34,190 nt of DNA from Methanothrix sp. (GCA_040770465.1 JAXGJB010000031.1:1-34190), one strand, 5' to 3'. Counted from the stretch's first letter, positions 1 to 10,328 are shown. Notes: generated from the sequence alone by a model not told the origin. Program-made: numbers and translations.

Positions 1-432
1 CGTAGCCCCCGAAATAAAAATATATATTATATTTTACATCTTATTCCATGTCAATATAATAATGGATATTTCGGTATGCAAGCAAAGCGCCAACTTTCTT
101 AGAGTACGAATATCCCCCATCGCAGCGAGAGGCATACGACTTCTATTTGGTCCGCGGCGGCAGAGTTGGACCTCGGAGCGATACGGGACAAAATGACCCT
201 GAACGATGAAAATGAACCTGATAAGAGCTTTTAAAGATTATAGCATCATAAAGTCCGATTAGATCTAAAACTGAACGTTCATGGGATGATAAACGTTATT
301 TGAACCATTTTTGTTCGAGATGTTTCGGCTCTAATTTTAACTATCGTTCAGCCGGAGGGGGGTTGCATGAGAACGGCGCTGCCGAATCTGCAGCAACGCA
401 GCAACGCCGTCCTCAAAGTTGGTGAATAGAGC

Positions 433-1101
433 ATGAAACCCGTAATGCAGTTGATAACCCTGGCGCTGGCCTTGCTTCTGGCGATCCCCGCCTTTGCCAT
501 TCCCATGGATGGCGACGCTGGGCGTGGAGGCATCTATTGTCAGCTGAACCTGACCGAGGAAGAGATGGCAAACATGACTGTTGGCGAGCTGAAGGAGATG
601 GCTGAAGAGGCGAAGGCCGAAGCCCCCAACGGGACGCGCTTCATGGGTGAGATTGGCCTTCTCGTAACAGACCTGACCGTCGAAGACGTAGAGGGGATGA
701 CCCCCGCCGAGATCGAAGAGATGAAAGTGGGGCTGGCAGAGGAGCTCGACGGCATGACCCTCGCCGAGATCGAGGATCTAAAAGAGGAGCGGCGGGCCGA
801 GATGGAGAATATGACCCTCGCCGAGCTGAACGATCAGAGAGAGGTCATGAGCCTCCTTGGTCTGGGCGGAGGCCACCATAACGGGCCGGATAATGGGCCA
901 GGTAACGGGCAGGGAATGGGAATGGCCGGTCCGGGCGGCTTTGAAGGACAGGGCCCCCAGGGCAACGGGCCCGAGATGAATGATGGTGGTCGAGGAGAGC
1001 AGCAGTGTATGGGCGGCATGGGGATGGGCGGCATGAACGGCATGGGCGGCATGAACGCTCCGGCCCCCACGTCCTCCGGCGAAGAGGACGCCGAGCTGTG
1101 A
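433..1101 (+). CDS. Hypothetical secreted/surface protein with acidic 'MT(L/P/V)xE(L/I)' helical repeats and a Gly/Met/Pro-rich low-complexity C-terminus
   Basis: 222-aa ORF. SD-like GGTGA at 421-425. N-terminal signal peptide (MKPVMQLITLALALLLAIPAFA). Repeats MTVGEL, MTPAEI, MTLAEI, MTLAEL. Confidence 0.75.
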   Translation: MKPVMQLITLALALLLAIPAFAIPMDGDAGRGGIYCQLNLTEEEMANMTVGELKEMAEEAKAEAPNGTRFMGEIGLLVTDLTVEDVEGMTPAEIEEMKVGLAEELDGMTLAEIEDLKEERRAEMENMTLAELNDQREVMSLLGLGGGHHNGPDNGPGNGQGMGMAGPGGFEGQGPQGNGPEMNDGGRGEQQCMGGMGMGGMNGMGGMNAPAPTSSGEEDAEL

Positions 1102-1279
1102 TCGGGATGAGGCCAGGAGGATACGCATCAAGCAACTGATCCCCACAAGATCAGGTTTCGATGAAAGGCGTGGGCCCCCCGGCGGGGGTCCACGACCTCG
1201 AACCTGATCGAACTCGAACCTGAAGAAACTGAAAACCCTGATGAAACTGACTAAACTGACGAAACTAAGGTGAGTTAAG

Positions 1280-1822
1280 ATGATGAAAACCATGCCAATT
1301 CCGGAATCGACTATCGGATCGCCCATCCCTGGAGCAGAAACAATCTGCGTCAAGAGCGGCTTTGCCCTGGGGCCCGAGGGGTCATTCTTCCGATCGGCTC
1401 GGCCCTTCAAGATCGAGATCGAAGGCTTGAGGCTTTTCAGCCCCGCTGCGATCGAGGACCTGATGCAAGATAGAAGAAGCCTAGAAGAGGTGAAGATGCT
1501 GATCGAAGAGGAAGCCGATCCCACTTATTTATACCGGGGGAAGATCCGGATCGCAAACGAGTACTACAGTCTGAAAGATGTGGATTTCAGATGTCAGGAC
1601 TCCGAGATGGTCTTGAAGGCGAATCTGGCCGACGACCTGGCCGGTCTTCGTGAGGGCGATGGCGGCCAGCCCGACGGTGCCGTCTTGTCTTCGGGAACCG
1701 AAGACGGCTTCATCGGACATATCGAGATGCGAGAGTCGGATGGCGCCTCCAAAGGCCGTCTCGTCATAAGCCAGGGGGCCCTCAGCGGCAGGTACACGGT
1801 TCTGCCCGGGCAAGCCTTCTGA
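1280..1822 (+). CDS. Hypothetical protein
   Basis: 180-aa ORF with GGTGA upstream and host-like codon usage; no recognised motif. Confidence 0.55.
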   Translation: MMKTMPIPESTIGSPIPGAETICVKSGFALGPEGSFFRSARPFKIEIEGLRLFSPAAIEDLMQDRRSLEEVKMLIEEEADPTYLYRGKIRIANEYYSLKDVDFRCQDSEMVLKANLADDLAGLREGDGGQPDGAVLSSGTEDGFIGHIEMRESDGASKGRLVISQGALSGRYTVLPGQAF

Positions 1823-2273
1823 GGGCGGATCATCATGGATGTATTAAAGATATTGAAGATTTCGAGAGGCTCCCTCCACCCAGCCGTCATCTCAACGGCG
1901 GTGGCGCCATTCATGAAGACGGCCTGTTCGTCCGAAGAGGGGCCGGTCCAAAGCCGGCCTCCTTCAGACTTCGGGTCGAACGGCGGCCGCCGTCGAGGCG
2001 TGAGCCGGAGGGCTGGCCACTCTGTCCCTTCAGCTCCGCCCCGGCCGGGATCGATGCTCTCAGCCCGCCCCGAAAGCTCTCTGGCGATGCGCACCACTTC
2101 CGCATCCCTCCTCCCTCCTTCATTTCCCTCCTAATACCTCGCCAGAGAGCCGGGAATGCGGGGCTGGAGCCCACGTGGCTGAAAGATCGGCCACCTCCTC
2201 CCCCCTCTCTCCCACCTTTTTTCTCAACGCGGCAAATTTGGATTTAAGGGCTAATTGCCGCAAATGATTATAA

Positions 2274-2477
2274 TTATAAAAAATTGGAGGACAGATCCTG
2301 ACCGCTCAGGTCCAGGTCTCCCTCGACAATCATATTATCATATTCGACGGACTCGCCCCGCTCGATCGCGGCCAGGATCTCGCTGGCCTGGACCACCTGG
2401 AGAGAATCGGCCGCCCCCTCGGCCGCGCCCAAAGCCAGCAGAAGCGCCATCAGGACCAGAGACGTGATCGATTTCGT
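2274..2477 (-). pseudogene. Truncated 5' fragment of a secreted protein resembling the N-terminus of Methanothrix pentapeptide-repeat proteins; ACG at the start position
   Basis: Manual translation: (T)KSITSLVLMALLLALGAAEGAADSLQVVQASEILAAIERGESVEYDNMIVEGDLDLSGQDLSSNFL*. GGAGG at 2490-2486. The frame ends abruptly in an AT-rich patch. Family call from recalled 'ASEILAxIERGExVEYD..IVEGDLDLSG' motif. Confidence 0.6.
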
Positions 2478-2662
2478 CGAGCACGCCTCCCGGCGGATAT
2501 GTTCGTCCTACTCTGCAAAAAAGGTTTGTGATGCTGCTGAAAGTCCAGCTGAGGTTCGAAGGAGATGCGACCTCTGAGGAGGAATCCGCAGGAATATGCA
2601 CGAGAAGAGGCGAGAACCTTCTCAAGGCCCTTGCTTTGCATCTGGATTTAAAAGAAAAGCAG

Positions 2663-2736
2663 TGCCCAGACCCGGATTCGAACCGGGGACGTTCAGATCT
2701 TCAGTCTGACGCTCTCCCGGACTGAGCTACCTGGGC
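2663..2736 (-). tRNA. tRNA-Phe (GAA)
   Basis: Reverse complement GCCCAGGTAGCTCAGTCCGGGAGAGCGTCAGACTGAAGATCTGAACGTCCCCGGTTCGAATCCGGGTCTGGGCA forms a cloverleaf; anticodon loop CTGAAGA; T-loop TTCGAAT. Confidence 0.97.
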
Positions 2737-2745
2737 AAAGTTAGG

Positions 2746-2819
2746 TGGGCTCGATGCGATTCGAACGCATGATCCCCGCCATGTCAAGGCGATGTCATAA
2801 CCAGCTAGACCACGAGCCC
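2746..2819 (-). tRNA. tRNA-Val (GAC)
   Basis: Reverse complement GGGCTCGTGGTCTAGCTGGTTATGACATCGCCTTGACATGGCGGGGATCATGCGTTCGAATCGCATCGAGCCCA; anticodon loop TTGACAT; 9 nt upstream of tRNA-Phe, probably dicistronic. Confidence 0.96.
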
Positions 2820-3046
2820 ACAGCTGACGGATGCTCCCAGCGACCTTTTCGAAGATAAACCCTTCGGTCTGAGATGCGGGAGGGGGCGACGTGGCTGAGC
2901 GAAAAGCCCTCCGGGACCGGGACCTGGCCTCGTCAAACACGCCGTTTTGCCTTCCGCCAAGCCTCATCTCCTGCCGCACGTTCCCCTCCCCTTCTCTCCC
3001 CGGCTCGTTTCTCTTCTCTCCGCCCAGCCACGAATCGCCAATCGCT

Positions 3047-6000
3047 TCACCGGACTTCCCGGTGGTACTCGTTCAGCGGCTTGATGGTGATCTCGCCGGA
3101 CTTGGCGATGGCGATCGCCTGGGCCGCCGCCCGCGCCGCTTGGACGGTGGTGATGTAGGGGACGTGGTAGTCGACGGCGTTCCTCCTGATCTGGAAGCCG
3201 TCCTTCACCGACTGCTTCGTCGTCGGGGTGTTTATGATCAGGCTAACCTCGCCCCGCTTGATGTAGTCGAGGACGTTGGGGCTTCCAACGTAGATTTTTT
3301 TGACCTTCTCGACGGCGATCCCCATCCCGGTGAGGAAGTCGGCCGTCCCGTCGGTGGCGATTATCTTGAGGCCGGACTCCGTCAGCTTCCTCGTCACCTC
3401 GGATATGGGTCCCTTGTCCTCGTCCCTCACCGAGACGAAGACTATGCCTTCCGTAGGGAGGCGGTTGTCGGCGGATAGCTCCGCCTTGAAGAAGGCGAGG
3501 CCTGGGACGTAATCGATCCCCATCACCTCTCCCGTCGACCTCATCTCCGGCCCCAGGAGGGTGTCGGCGCCGGGGAGCTTGTCGAAGGGGAGGAGAACCT
3601 CCTTCACCGAGACGTAAGGTATCGTCGGCTCCCGGGTGGCACCTAGCTCCGCCAGGGTCTTTCCAGCCATCACCCCGGCCGCAATCTTGGCGAGGGGGAG
3701 GCCCACCGTCTTCGAGACAAAGGGTATCGTCCTGCTGGATCTGGGGTTCGCCTCCAGGACGTAGACGATCCCGTCTTTGTAGGCCATCTGGATGTTGAGG
3801 ATCCCCTTCACCTCCAGGGCGAGGGCGATCTTCCTGACGTACTCGCGGACGGTGTCCTGGACGGCGGCGGGTATCGTCTGGGGCGGGATGATGCAGGCGC
3901 TGTCGCCCGAATGAATCCCGGCCTCCTCGATATGCTCCATGATCGCCCCGATCAGAACATCCTCGCCGTCGGAGACGGCATCGACGTCGATCTCGACGGC
4001 GTTCTGGAGAAAGTCGTCGATGAGGATCGGATGCTCCGGCGATACCCTCACCGCCTCCCTCATGTAGACCTCAAGCTCCCGCTCGTCGTAGACGATCTCC
4101 ATGGCTCTGCCGCCGAGGACGTAGCTCGGCCTCACCAGGACCGGGTAGCCGATCCTTCCCGCCTCGGCCTTCGCCTGCTCCGGGCTTGTGGCGTACCCCG
4201 CCTCGGGCTGGGGTATCCCCATCTCCCGGAGGGCGAGGTTGAACCTCTCCCGGTCCTCGGCCATGTCGATCTTCTCGGGGCTCGTCCCCAGGATCTTTGT
4301 GTCAAGGCCCCGTCTTGCGATCTCCTTTTCGAGGGGGACGGCGAGGTTCACTGCGGTCTGGCCTCCGAACTGGACCATGACCCCAAAGTACCTCTCCTTC
4401 TCGATGATGTTCATGACGTCTTCGAGGGTCAGCGGCTCGAAGAAGAGCTTGTCGGAGGTGTCGTAGTCGGTGGAGACGGTCTCGGGGTTGTTGTTTGCTA
4501 TGTGGGCCTCAATCCCCTGCTCCCGCAGGGCGAGGACGGCGTGGACGGTGGAGTAGTCGAACTCGATACCCTGACCGATCCTGATGGGGCCCGACCCGAT
4601 GATCAGGACCTTCTTCTTCTCGGTGGGGAGGAGTTCGCACTCGTCCTCGTAAGACGAGTAGTAGTAGGGGGTCTTGGCCGCGAACTCCGCGGCGCAGGTG
4701 TCCACCATCTTGTATGTCGGGACGATCCCGTTCTCAAGCCGCAGGTCGGCGATCTCCTCCATCGTTTTGCCGATGATCTTTCCGATCCTATCATCGGTGA
4801 ACCCCATCCTCTTCGCTTTCCTCAAAACCGGGACCGAGAAGCTCTCGGCGATCTCCCTCTCCATACCGATTATGTTCTCGATCCTCCAGATGAAGTAGGG
4901 GTGGATCATGGAGAGCTCCGATATCTCCTCGAGGGTGATGCCCCGCCGGAGGGCCTGGTATATGGCGAAGAGCCTCTCGTCGGTCGGGGTGGCGATAAGC
5001 CGGCGGACATCGTCGTCGGTCCACGTTGTGTACTTCCCCTGGTAGCCGAGGTCCATATCGATCTCAAGAGACCGGACCGCCTTCATAAAGGCCTCTTCGT
5101 AGCTCCTCCCGATGGACATAACCTCCCCCGTCGACTTCATGGCGGTGGTGAGGGTCTTGTCGGCCCGTACGAACTTGTCGAAGGGCCACCGTGGGATCTT
5201 CATGACGACGTAGTCGACCGTCGGCTCGAAGGAGGCGGGGGTCTCGCCGGTGACGTCGTTTGCGATCTCGTCGAGGGTCATCCCGATGGCGATCTTCGCC
5301 GTGACCCGGGCGATGGGGTAGCCGGTCGCCTTGGAGGCGAGGGCCGAGGATCTCGAGACCCGGGGGTTCACCTCGATCACCCGGTACTCGCCGTCCTTAG
5401 CCGCGAACTGGATGTTGCAGCCCCCCTCGATTCGAAGGGCCCGGATGATGTTTATCGCCGCCGACCTGAGGATCTGGACCTCCTCGTCGGTGAGGGTCTG
5501 GATGGGGGTGACGACGATGGACTCGCCGGTATGAATCCCCATGGGGTCCATGTTCTCCATGTTGCAGATGGTGATGCAGGTGTCGTTTTTGTCCCGCATC
5601 ACCTCGTACTCAAGCTCCGTCCAGCCGACGAGGCTCTCCTCGATGAGGACCTGGTGGATCCGGGACCTCTTCATCCCCATCTCGACGATCCTGAAGAAAT
5701 CCTCCTCCGTCTCGGCAGAGCCACCGCCGGAGCCGCCCAGGGTGTAGGCGGGCCTGATGATCAGGGGGAGGCCCAACTCCTCCAGGACCTCCTTCGCCTC
5801 CTCCATGGAGTCGACGGCCCGGCTCCGGGGTACAGGCTCGCCGATCCTGATCATGGCGCTCTTGAACATGTCCCGGTCCTCGGTCTCCTGGATGGCGGAG
5901 ACCGAGGTGCCCATGACCTCGACTTTGAACTTTTCGAGGACCCCCATCTCGGCGAGCTCGCTCGTTATGTTCAGGCCGGTCTGGCCCCCTATCCCGGCGA

Positions 6001-6259
6001 TGATCCCGTCGGGCCTCTCCTTCTCGATGATCTTGGCGACGATCTCGGGGACGAGGGGCTCGATGTAGACCCTGTCCGCCATCTCCGGGTCGGTCATGAT
6101 GGTGGCGGGGTTGGAGTTGACCAGGACCACCTCGATCCCCTCCTCCCGGAGGGACTTGCAGGCCTGAGACCCCGAGAAGTCGAACTCCGCGGCCTGGCCG
6201 ATCTGGATCGGTCCCGATCCTATGAGGAGGACCTTCTTAATGTCTGCTCTCTTCGGCAT
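3047..6259 (-). CDS. carB: Carbamoyl-phosphate synthase large subunit
   Basis: 1070 aa. MPKRADIKKVLLIGSGPIQIGQAAEFDFSGSQA start, duplicated ATP-grasp halves (EVNPRVSRSS / EANPRSSRT) and C-terminal MGS domain. Confidence 0.99.
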   Translation of the reverse strand: MPKRADIKKVLLIGSGPIQIGQAAEFDFSGSQACKSLREEGIEVVLVNSNPATIMTDPEMADRVYIEPLVPEIVAKIIEKERPDGIIAGIGGQTGLNITSELAEMGVLEKFKVEVMGTSVSAIQETEDRDMFKSAMIRIGEPVPRSRAVDSMEEAKEVLEELGLPLIIRPAYTLGGSGGGSAETEEDFFRIVEMGMKRSRIHQVLIEESLVGWTELEYEVMRDKNDTCITICNMENMDPMGIHTGESIVVTPIQTLTDEEVQILRSAAINIIRALRIEGGCNIQFAAKDGEYRVIEVNPRVSRSSALASKATGYPIARVTAKIAIGMTLDEIANDVTGETPASFEPTVDYVVMKIPRWPFDKFVRADKTLTTAMKSTGEVMSIGRSYEEAFMKAVRSLEIDMDLGYQGKYTTWTDDDVRRLIATPTDERLFAIYQALRRGITLEEISELSMIHPYFIWRIENIIGMEREIAESFSVPVLRKAKRMGFTDDRIGKIIGKTMEEIADLRLENGIVPTYKMVDTCAAEFAAKTPYYYSSYEDECELLPTEKKKVLIIGSGPIRIGQGIEFDYSTVHAVLALREQGIEAHIANNNPETVSTDYDTSDKLFFEPLTLEDVMNIIEKERYFGVMVQFGGQTAVNLAVPLEKEIARRGLDTKILGTSPEKIDMAEDRERFNLALREMGIPQPEAGYATSPEQAKAEAGRIGYPVLVRPSYVLGGRAMEIVYDERELEVYMREAVRVSPEHPILIDDFLQNAVEIDVDAVSDGEDVLIGAIMEHIEEAGIHSGDSACIIPPQTIPAAVQDTVREYVRKIALALEVKGILNIQMAYKDGIVYVLEANPRSSRTIPFVSKTVGLPLAKIAAGVMAGKTLAELGATREPTIPYVSVKEVLLPFDKLPGADTLLGPEMRSTGEVMGIDYVPGLAFFKAELSADNRLPTEGIVFVSVRDEDKGPISEVTRKLTESGLKIIATDGTADFLTGMGIAVEKVKKIYVGSPNVLDYIKRGEVSLIINTPTTKQSVKDGFQIRRNAVDYHVPYITTVQAARAAAQAIAIAKSGEITIKPLNEYHREVR

Positions 6260-6265
6260 CTCCGA

Positions 6266-7357
6266 TCACCTCCTCCTCGCTTCGATCTGCTTTGCCACCG
6301 ACGAGAAGAACCTCTCCTTGGTACAGAGGGGGCCGGGCCTCGCCTCGGGATGGTACTGGACCGCCTCCATCCCCAGGTAGTTGCTCTTGATCGCCTCCAC
6401 CGTCCCGTCGTTGGCGTTGACCTGGGTGATCTTGATGCCGGTACCCTCCGCCGACTCGGGACGGAGGGCGAAGTTGTGGTTCTGGGACGTGATGTAGACG
6501 ATCCCGCTTGCCAGGTCCTTAACAGGCTGGTTTCCGCCGTGGTGGCCGAACTTCAGCTTGTAGGTCTCAGCCCCCAGAGCGAGGCAGATCACCTGGAGAC
6601 CCAGGCATATCCCGAAGACCGGCTTCTCCCCTGCAAAGTGCTTGACCGCCTCGATGGCCCGAGTCGCCTGCTCCGGGTCACCGGGCCCGTTGGACAGGAA
6701 GATGGCGTCGGGGTCGAACTTCTCGATATCCGATACCCTCGAGTTTGATGGTACCACCACAATGTCGAACCCCTGACAGGCCATGGAGTTGATGATGTTC
6801 CTCTTGATCCCCAGGTCCATCATCACCACCTTCGGGCCGTCTCCTGGGATCCGATAGGGACGTTTGCAGGAGACGGCGCTTATCAGGTCGAGGCTCGATA
6901 TGTTCGGCTGGTCTCTTGCGAGGCCGACGACGTCCTGGTCGATCACATCGGGCCCCTCGCCGACGGCGAGTGCCGCCCTCATCGCCCCTTTGGTCCGGAT
7001 CTTGATGGTGAGCATCCTCGTATCGAGGCCGGAGATGCCGGGGACCCCCTCATCCTCCAGGAACTTCGATATGGTCCGGTTGGACCTGTGATGGAGGGGC
7101 CTGTCCCAGATCTCCTTGCAGATCATGGCGGTCGCACCGATGTGGTCTGACTGAAAGTTGTCGCCGCTGACACCGTAGTTTCCCATGAGGGGGTATGTGA
7201 ACATCAGAAGCTGCCCCGCATAGGAGGGATCGGTCATAGCCTCCTCATAGCCGGACATGACCGTCACAAAAACCAGTTCGCCAGAGACGACACCAGGCGC
7301 CCCGAAGCCCACCCCTTCGACCCTGGTGCCGTCCTCCAACCCTAAGACGCCGATCAT
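6266..7357 (-). CDS. carA: Carbamoyl-phosphate synthase small (glutaminase) subunit
   Basis: Motifs LEDGT, TDPSYAGQ, SNGPGDP, FGICLG (catalytic Cys), SQNHNF, QYHPE. Start moved to ATG 7357 (MIGVLGLEDG). Confidence 0.98.
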   Translation of the reverse strand: MIGVLGLEDGTRVEGVGFGAPGVVSGELVFVTVMSGYEEAMTDPSYAGQLLMFTYPLMGNYGVSGDNFQSDHIGATAMICKEIWDRPLHHRSNRTISKFLEDEGVPGISGLDTRMLTIKIRTKGAMRAALAVGEGPDVIDQDVVGLARDQPNISSLDLISAVSCKRPYRIPGDGPKVVMMDLGIKRNIINSMACQGFDIVVVPSNSRVSDIEKFDPDAIFLSNGPGDPEQATRAIEAVKHFAGEKPVFGICLGLQVICLALGAETYKLKFGHHGGNQPVKDLASGIVYITSQNHNFALRPESAEGTGIKITQVNANDGTVEAIKSNYLGMEAVQYHPEARPGPLCTKERFFSSVAKQIEARRR

Positions 7358-7863
7358 AGTATCGCCACCACAAGTAGGGAGGAGATCTAAATAGGTTTCG
7401 ACGGGATCGAGGGGCGAAGGGCGCAGGGTCACGCCGGAAAACAATTGCTGGGAACTTCACGATTCCGGTTCGAGATCGCTTTTCGTACCCAGATGGTTGA
7501 GGTCCTCCGATCAGAACACAAATGTTAGGATTGCGGGATACGAGAGGCTTGTCCCAGGGATCTGAGATCCGAGAGTCTGGACCATTGCAGTCCCCCGGAT
7601 TATAATTCTCGATTTTGAGCCTCAAAAGCAGGCTCTTCCTAGTCCAGGTTCTTCCCGGCAATGAAAGAACCCTCTTTGGCCTTAGGGCATTTAGGAGCCT
7701 TCGATCTGGAATGCCAGGAGATGGCGACCGGAGAAAACGTACAAGAAATGCTTCGAATCGGAGCCGGGCATAAGAAAGGAAGGGTATTCTTCGCAAGTCC
7801 CGCTGAGATCAAAAAGAAGATATCAGGGAGCCGATTGCTGCCCCCTGGTCATCTCACCTCAAA

Positions 7864-8241
7864 TCAGGATATGAGGGGAATCTCACTCAGTTGGAGCTGT
7901 TCGGTACGGTTGTCATCAGCACCGAAGACGTTCAAAACGAACTCATTCAAGCCCAGAATGGTCTCCTGGTTAAATAAGGTGGCTTGCTGGTTGTAGTAGT
8001 CTGACCATGTCATGGTTTCGTTAAAAGCCACGTCTGTAGTATTTCCGCCCAAATCATTATAGAGCATTGTGAGGTAATCGGCATTGCTTATCGCCTGTCC
8101 CAGAAGCATTGCGCCGGTGTAGAAGCCGTCTTTATACCCTTCCTTGTAGTCCTCAGAGGGCTCCTCTTGTGCGATGGCAACGCCTACGGCGACGCAGAAG
8201 AGAATGCCCATCACTAACCCAAACTTTACGATCTCTTTCAT
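7864..8241 (-). CDS. Hypothetical secreted protein
   Basis: 125 aa with signal peptide MKEIVKFGLVMGILFCVAVGVAIA; GGTGA upstream; lower GC than neighbours. Confidence 0.7.
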   Translation of the reverse strand: MKEIVKFGLVMGILFCVAVGVAIAQEEPSEDYKEGYKDGFYTGAMLLGQAISNADYLTMLYNDLGGNTTDVAFNETMTWSDYYNQQATLFNQETILGLNEFVLNVFGADDNRTEQLQLSEIPLIS

Positions 8242-8482
8242 GAGTGATCACTCACCGACCCCTGATATGCTCATCACCTTAAAAACTCTATCGGACGAGA
8301 AGCAATTTCCCGGGTTCAACCCGCCGGGGGATCGTAGTTCCTGACCCGTCACCTGGCCCGGTTCATACGCGGAAATCAGCCTTCCAGAAGCCGCATCCTC
8401 CAAACCTTCAAAATGAGCGCCGGAACCCAAACGACAAAGGTTAAATGATCTCTTGCGGTCTAGAGGAGGCGAGGATTGGCTT

Positions 8483-10216
8483 ATGGACATGTACGAGAAG
8501 GTGATCGAGCTTGCAAGAAGGCGAGGCTTCATCTGGCCGGCCTTCGAGCTCTACGGCGGAGCTGCGGGCTTCTACGATTACGGGCCCCTGGGAGCCCCGC
8601 TCAAGAGAGGGATCGAAGACCTTTGGAGGGGCTTCTTCGTCATCCGGGAGGGGTTCTGCGAGATAGAGTGCCCCACCATCGGGGTGGAGGAGATTTTCAA
8701 GGCCTCGGGCCACCTCTCAGGCTTCTCCGATCCCCTCACCGAGTGCAAGGAGTGCGGCGAGATCTATCGGGCAGACCATCTCATAAAGCACATCGTCGAG
8801 GTCCCCGACGCCCTCGCGAACGACGAAATCTACAGGGTGATCAAGGAGAACGACGTCTTCTGCCCCGAGTGCGGCGGCGACCTCTCCGAGATCTACGAGT
8901 TCAACCTCATGTTCAAGACCTGGATCGGCCCGGGAGGAAAGCAGCCGGGGTACCTCCGGCCCGAGACCGCCCAGGGGATGTTCGTCAACTTCCAGCGGCT
9001 TCTCCGCCACTACCGCGACCGCCTCCCCTTCGGAGCCGTCCAGATCGGAAAGTCCTACCGAAACGAGATCTCGCCCCGCCAGGGGGTGATAAGGCTCCGG
9101 GAGTTCTCCCAGGCCGAGGCTGAGATCTTCATCAACCCGAAGGATAAGAGCCATCCCCGGTTCGGCGAGGTGGCGGACGTCGTCATGACCCTCCGCTCCC
9201 AGGAGGCCCAGGAGAGAGGGGAGACCGAGGAGATGACCGTCGGCGAGGCGGTGGCCCGGGGGATCATGGCCCACGAGACCCTCGCCTACTACGTCGCCCG
9301 GACCTACCAGTTCCTGATCGAGGCCGGGGTCTCTCGCGACCGGCTCAGGTTCAGACAGCACAAGGCCGACGAGATGGCCCACTACGCCGCCGACTGCTGG
9401 GACGCCGAGGCGCTCCTGGACAGGTTCGGCTGGATCGAGATCGTGGGGGTCGCCGACAGGACCGACTACGACCTACGGTCTCACATGGCCCAGAGCCAGG
9501 CGAACCTCACAGTCCATATGCCCTTCGACGAGCCGATAAAGCGGGAGAAGCTCGTCGTAAAGCCGGACATGAAGAAGCTCGGCCCCCTATTCCGGAAAGG
9601 GGCGAAGGCCGTCGCCGACGCCCTGCAGGCTCTGCCGATGGAGGAGCTGAAGAATGACCCCATCGTCGTGGTCGTCGACGGCGAGCGGGTGGAGATCGAC
9701 CCCGCCCTCGTCTCCTTCGAGATGGTCGAAGAGGAGATCCGGGGTGAGGAGGTCATCCCTCACGTCATCGAGCCCTCATTCGGGATCGACCGGATCCTCT
9801 ACTCGGTCCTGGAGCACTCCTACCGCGAGGAGATGGTGGAGGGGGAGACGAGGGCGGTCCTCGCCCTGAAGAACAGGGTCGTCCCGATCCAGGTGGCGGT
9901 CCTCCCTCTGATGGATCGATCCGAGCTGATCGAGCCCGCCGAGGAGATCGCCCGAGAGCTGAGGGATCTCGACCTCCGGGTCGAGTACGACTCCTCGGGG
10001 TCCATCGGCCGTCGGTACCGGCGAAACGACGAGGTGGGGACCCCGTACTCGGTCACCGTCGATTACGAGACCCTGGAGGAGGGGACGGTCACCATCAGGG
10101 ACCGGGATTCCATGTCCCAGATCAGGGTCGTGAGGTCGGAGGTCGCCGAGAAGGTCTCTTGCCTTCTCCGAGGCGAGATGGAGTTCTCCGAGGCGGGTCT
10201 GCCCATCGAGAGCTGA
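8483..10216 (+). CDS. glyS: Glycyl-tRNA synthetase (archaeal/eukaryotic alpha2 type)
   Basis: GFYDYGPLG, LRPETAQG, RNEISPRQGVIRLREF, HVIEPSFGIDR and anticodon-binding IGRRYRRNDEVGTPY. Start set at ATG 8483. Confidence 0.98.
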   Translation: MDMYEKVIELARRRGFIWPAFELYGGAAGFYDYGPLGAPLKRGIEDLWRGFFVIREGFCEIECPTIGVEEIFKASGHLSGFSDPLTECKECGEIYRADHLIKHIVEVPDALANDEIYRVIKENDVFCPECGGDLSEIYEFNLMFKTWIGPGGKQPGYLRPETAQGMFVNFQRLLRHYRDRLPFGAVQIGKSYRNEISPRQGVIRLREFSQAEAEIFINPKDKSHPRFGEVADVVMTLRSQEAQERGETEEMTVGEAVARGIMAHETLAYYVARTYQFLIEAGVSRDRLRFRQHKADEMAHYAADCWDAEALLDRFGWIEIVGVADRTDYDLRSHMAQSQANLTVHMPFDEPIKREKLVVKPDMKKLGPLFRKGAKAVADALQALPMEELKNDPIVVVVDGERVEIDPALVSFEMVEEEIRGEEVIPHVIEPSFGIDRILYSVLEHSYREEMVEGETRAVLALKNRVVPIQVAVLPLMDRSELIEPAEEIARELRDLDLRVEYDSSGSIGRRYRRNDEVGTPYSVTVDYETLEEGTVTIRDRDSMSQIRVVRSEVAEKVSCLLRGEMEFSEAGLPIES

Positions 10217-10230
10217 AGCTGGAAAAGAGC

Positions 10231-10258
10231 TTGGGTCGAAGGAGGCTCTTTGACCCAA
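10231..10258 (+). terminator. Stem-loop downstream of glyS (possible terminator or processing hairpin)
   Basis: TTGGGTCGAAG-GAGGCT-CTTTGACCCAA: 11-bp stem with one G-U pair. Confidence 0.35.
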
Positions 10259-10328
10259 TCCCGGCTCTGATCCAATCCGGGGCCGAAGGCCTTCTGATCT
10301 ACGTTTAATAGATGAGCGGTGGTGCGAA

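Noticed and set aside
2338-2625. VLDEIDH Walker-B-like motif suggesting a Cdc6 fragment
   Set aside because: No Walker A or other context; another frame of the same DNA gives a far more coherent signal-peptide protein.
1835-2660. Integrative element at the tRNA-Phe 3' end
   Set aside because: No integrase and no duplicated tRNA 3' end seen in the window.
3911-6748. 945-aa plus-strand ORF and other long antisense or overlapping ORFs (e.g. 15427-16323, 28996-29916, 25410-26177)
   Set aside because: Shadow frames of real GC-rich genes on the opposite strand; no motifs.
7400-7860. ORFs 7245-7796 and 7661-7996 in the region upstream of carA
   Set aside because: No motifs, atypical composition and overlap with real genes; may be decayed DNA but I cannot assign it.
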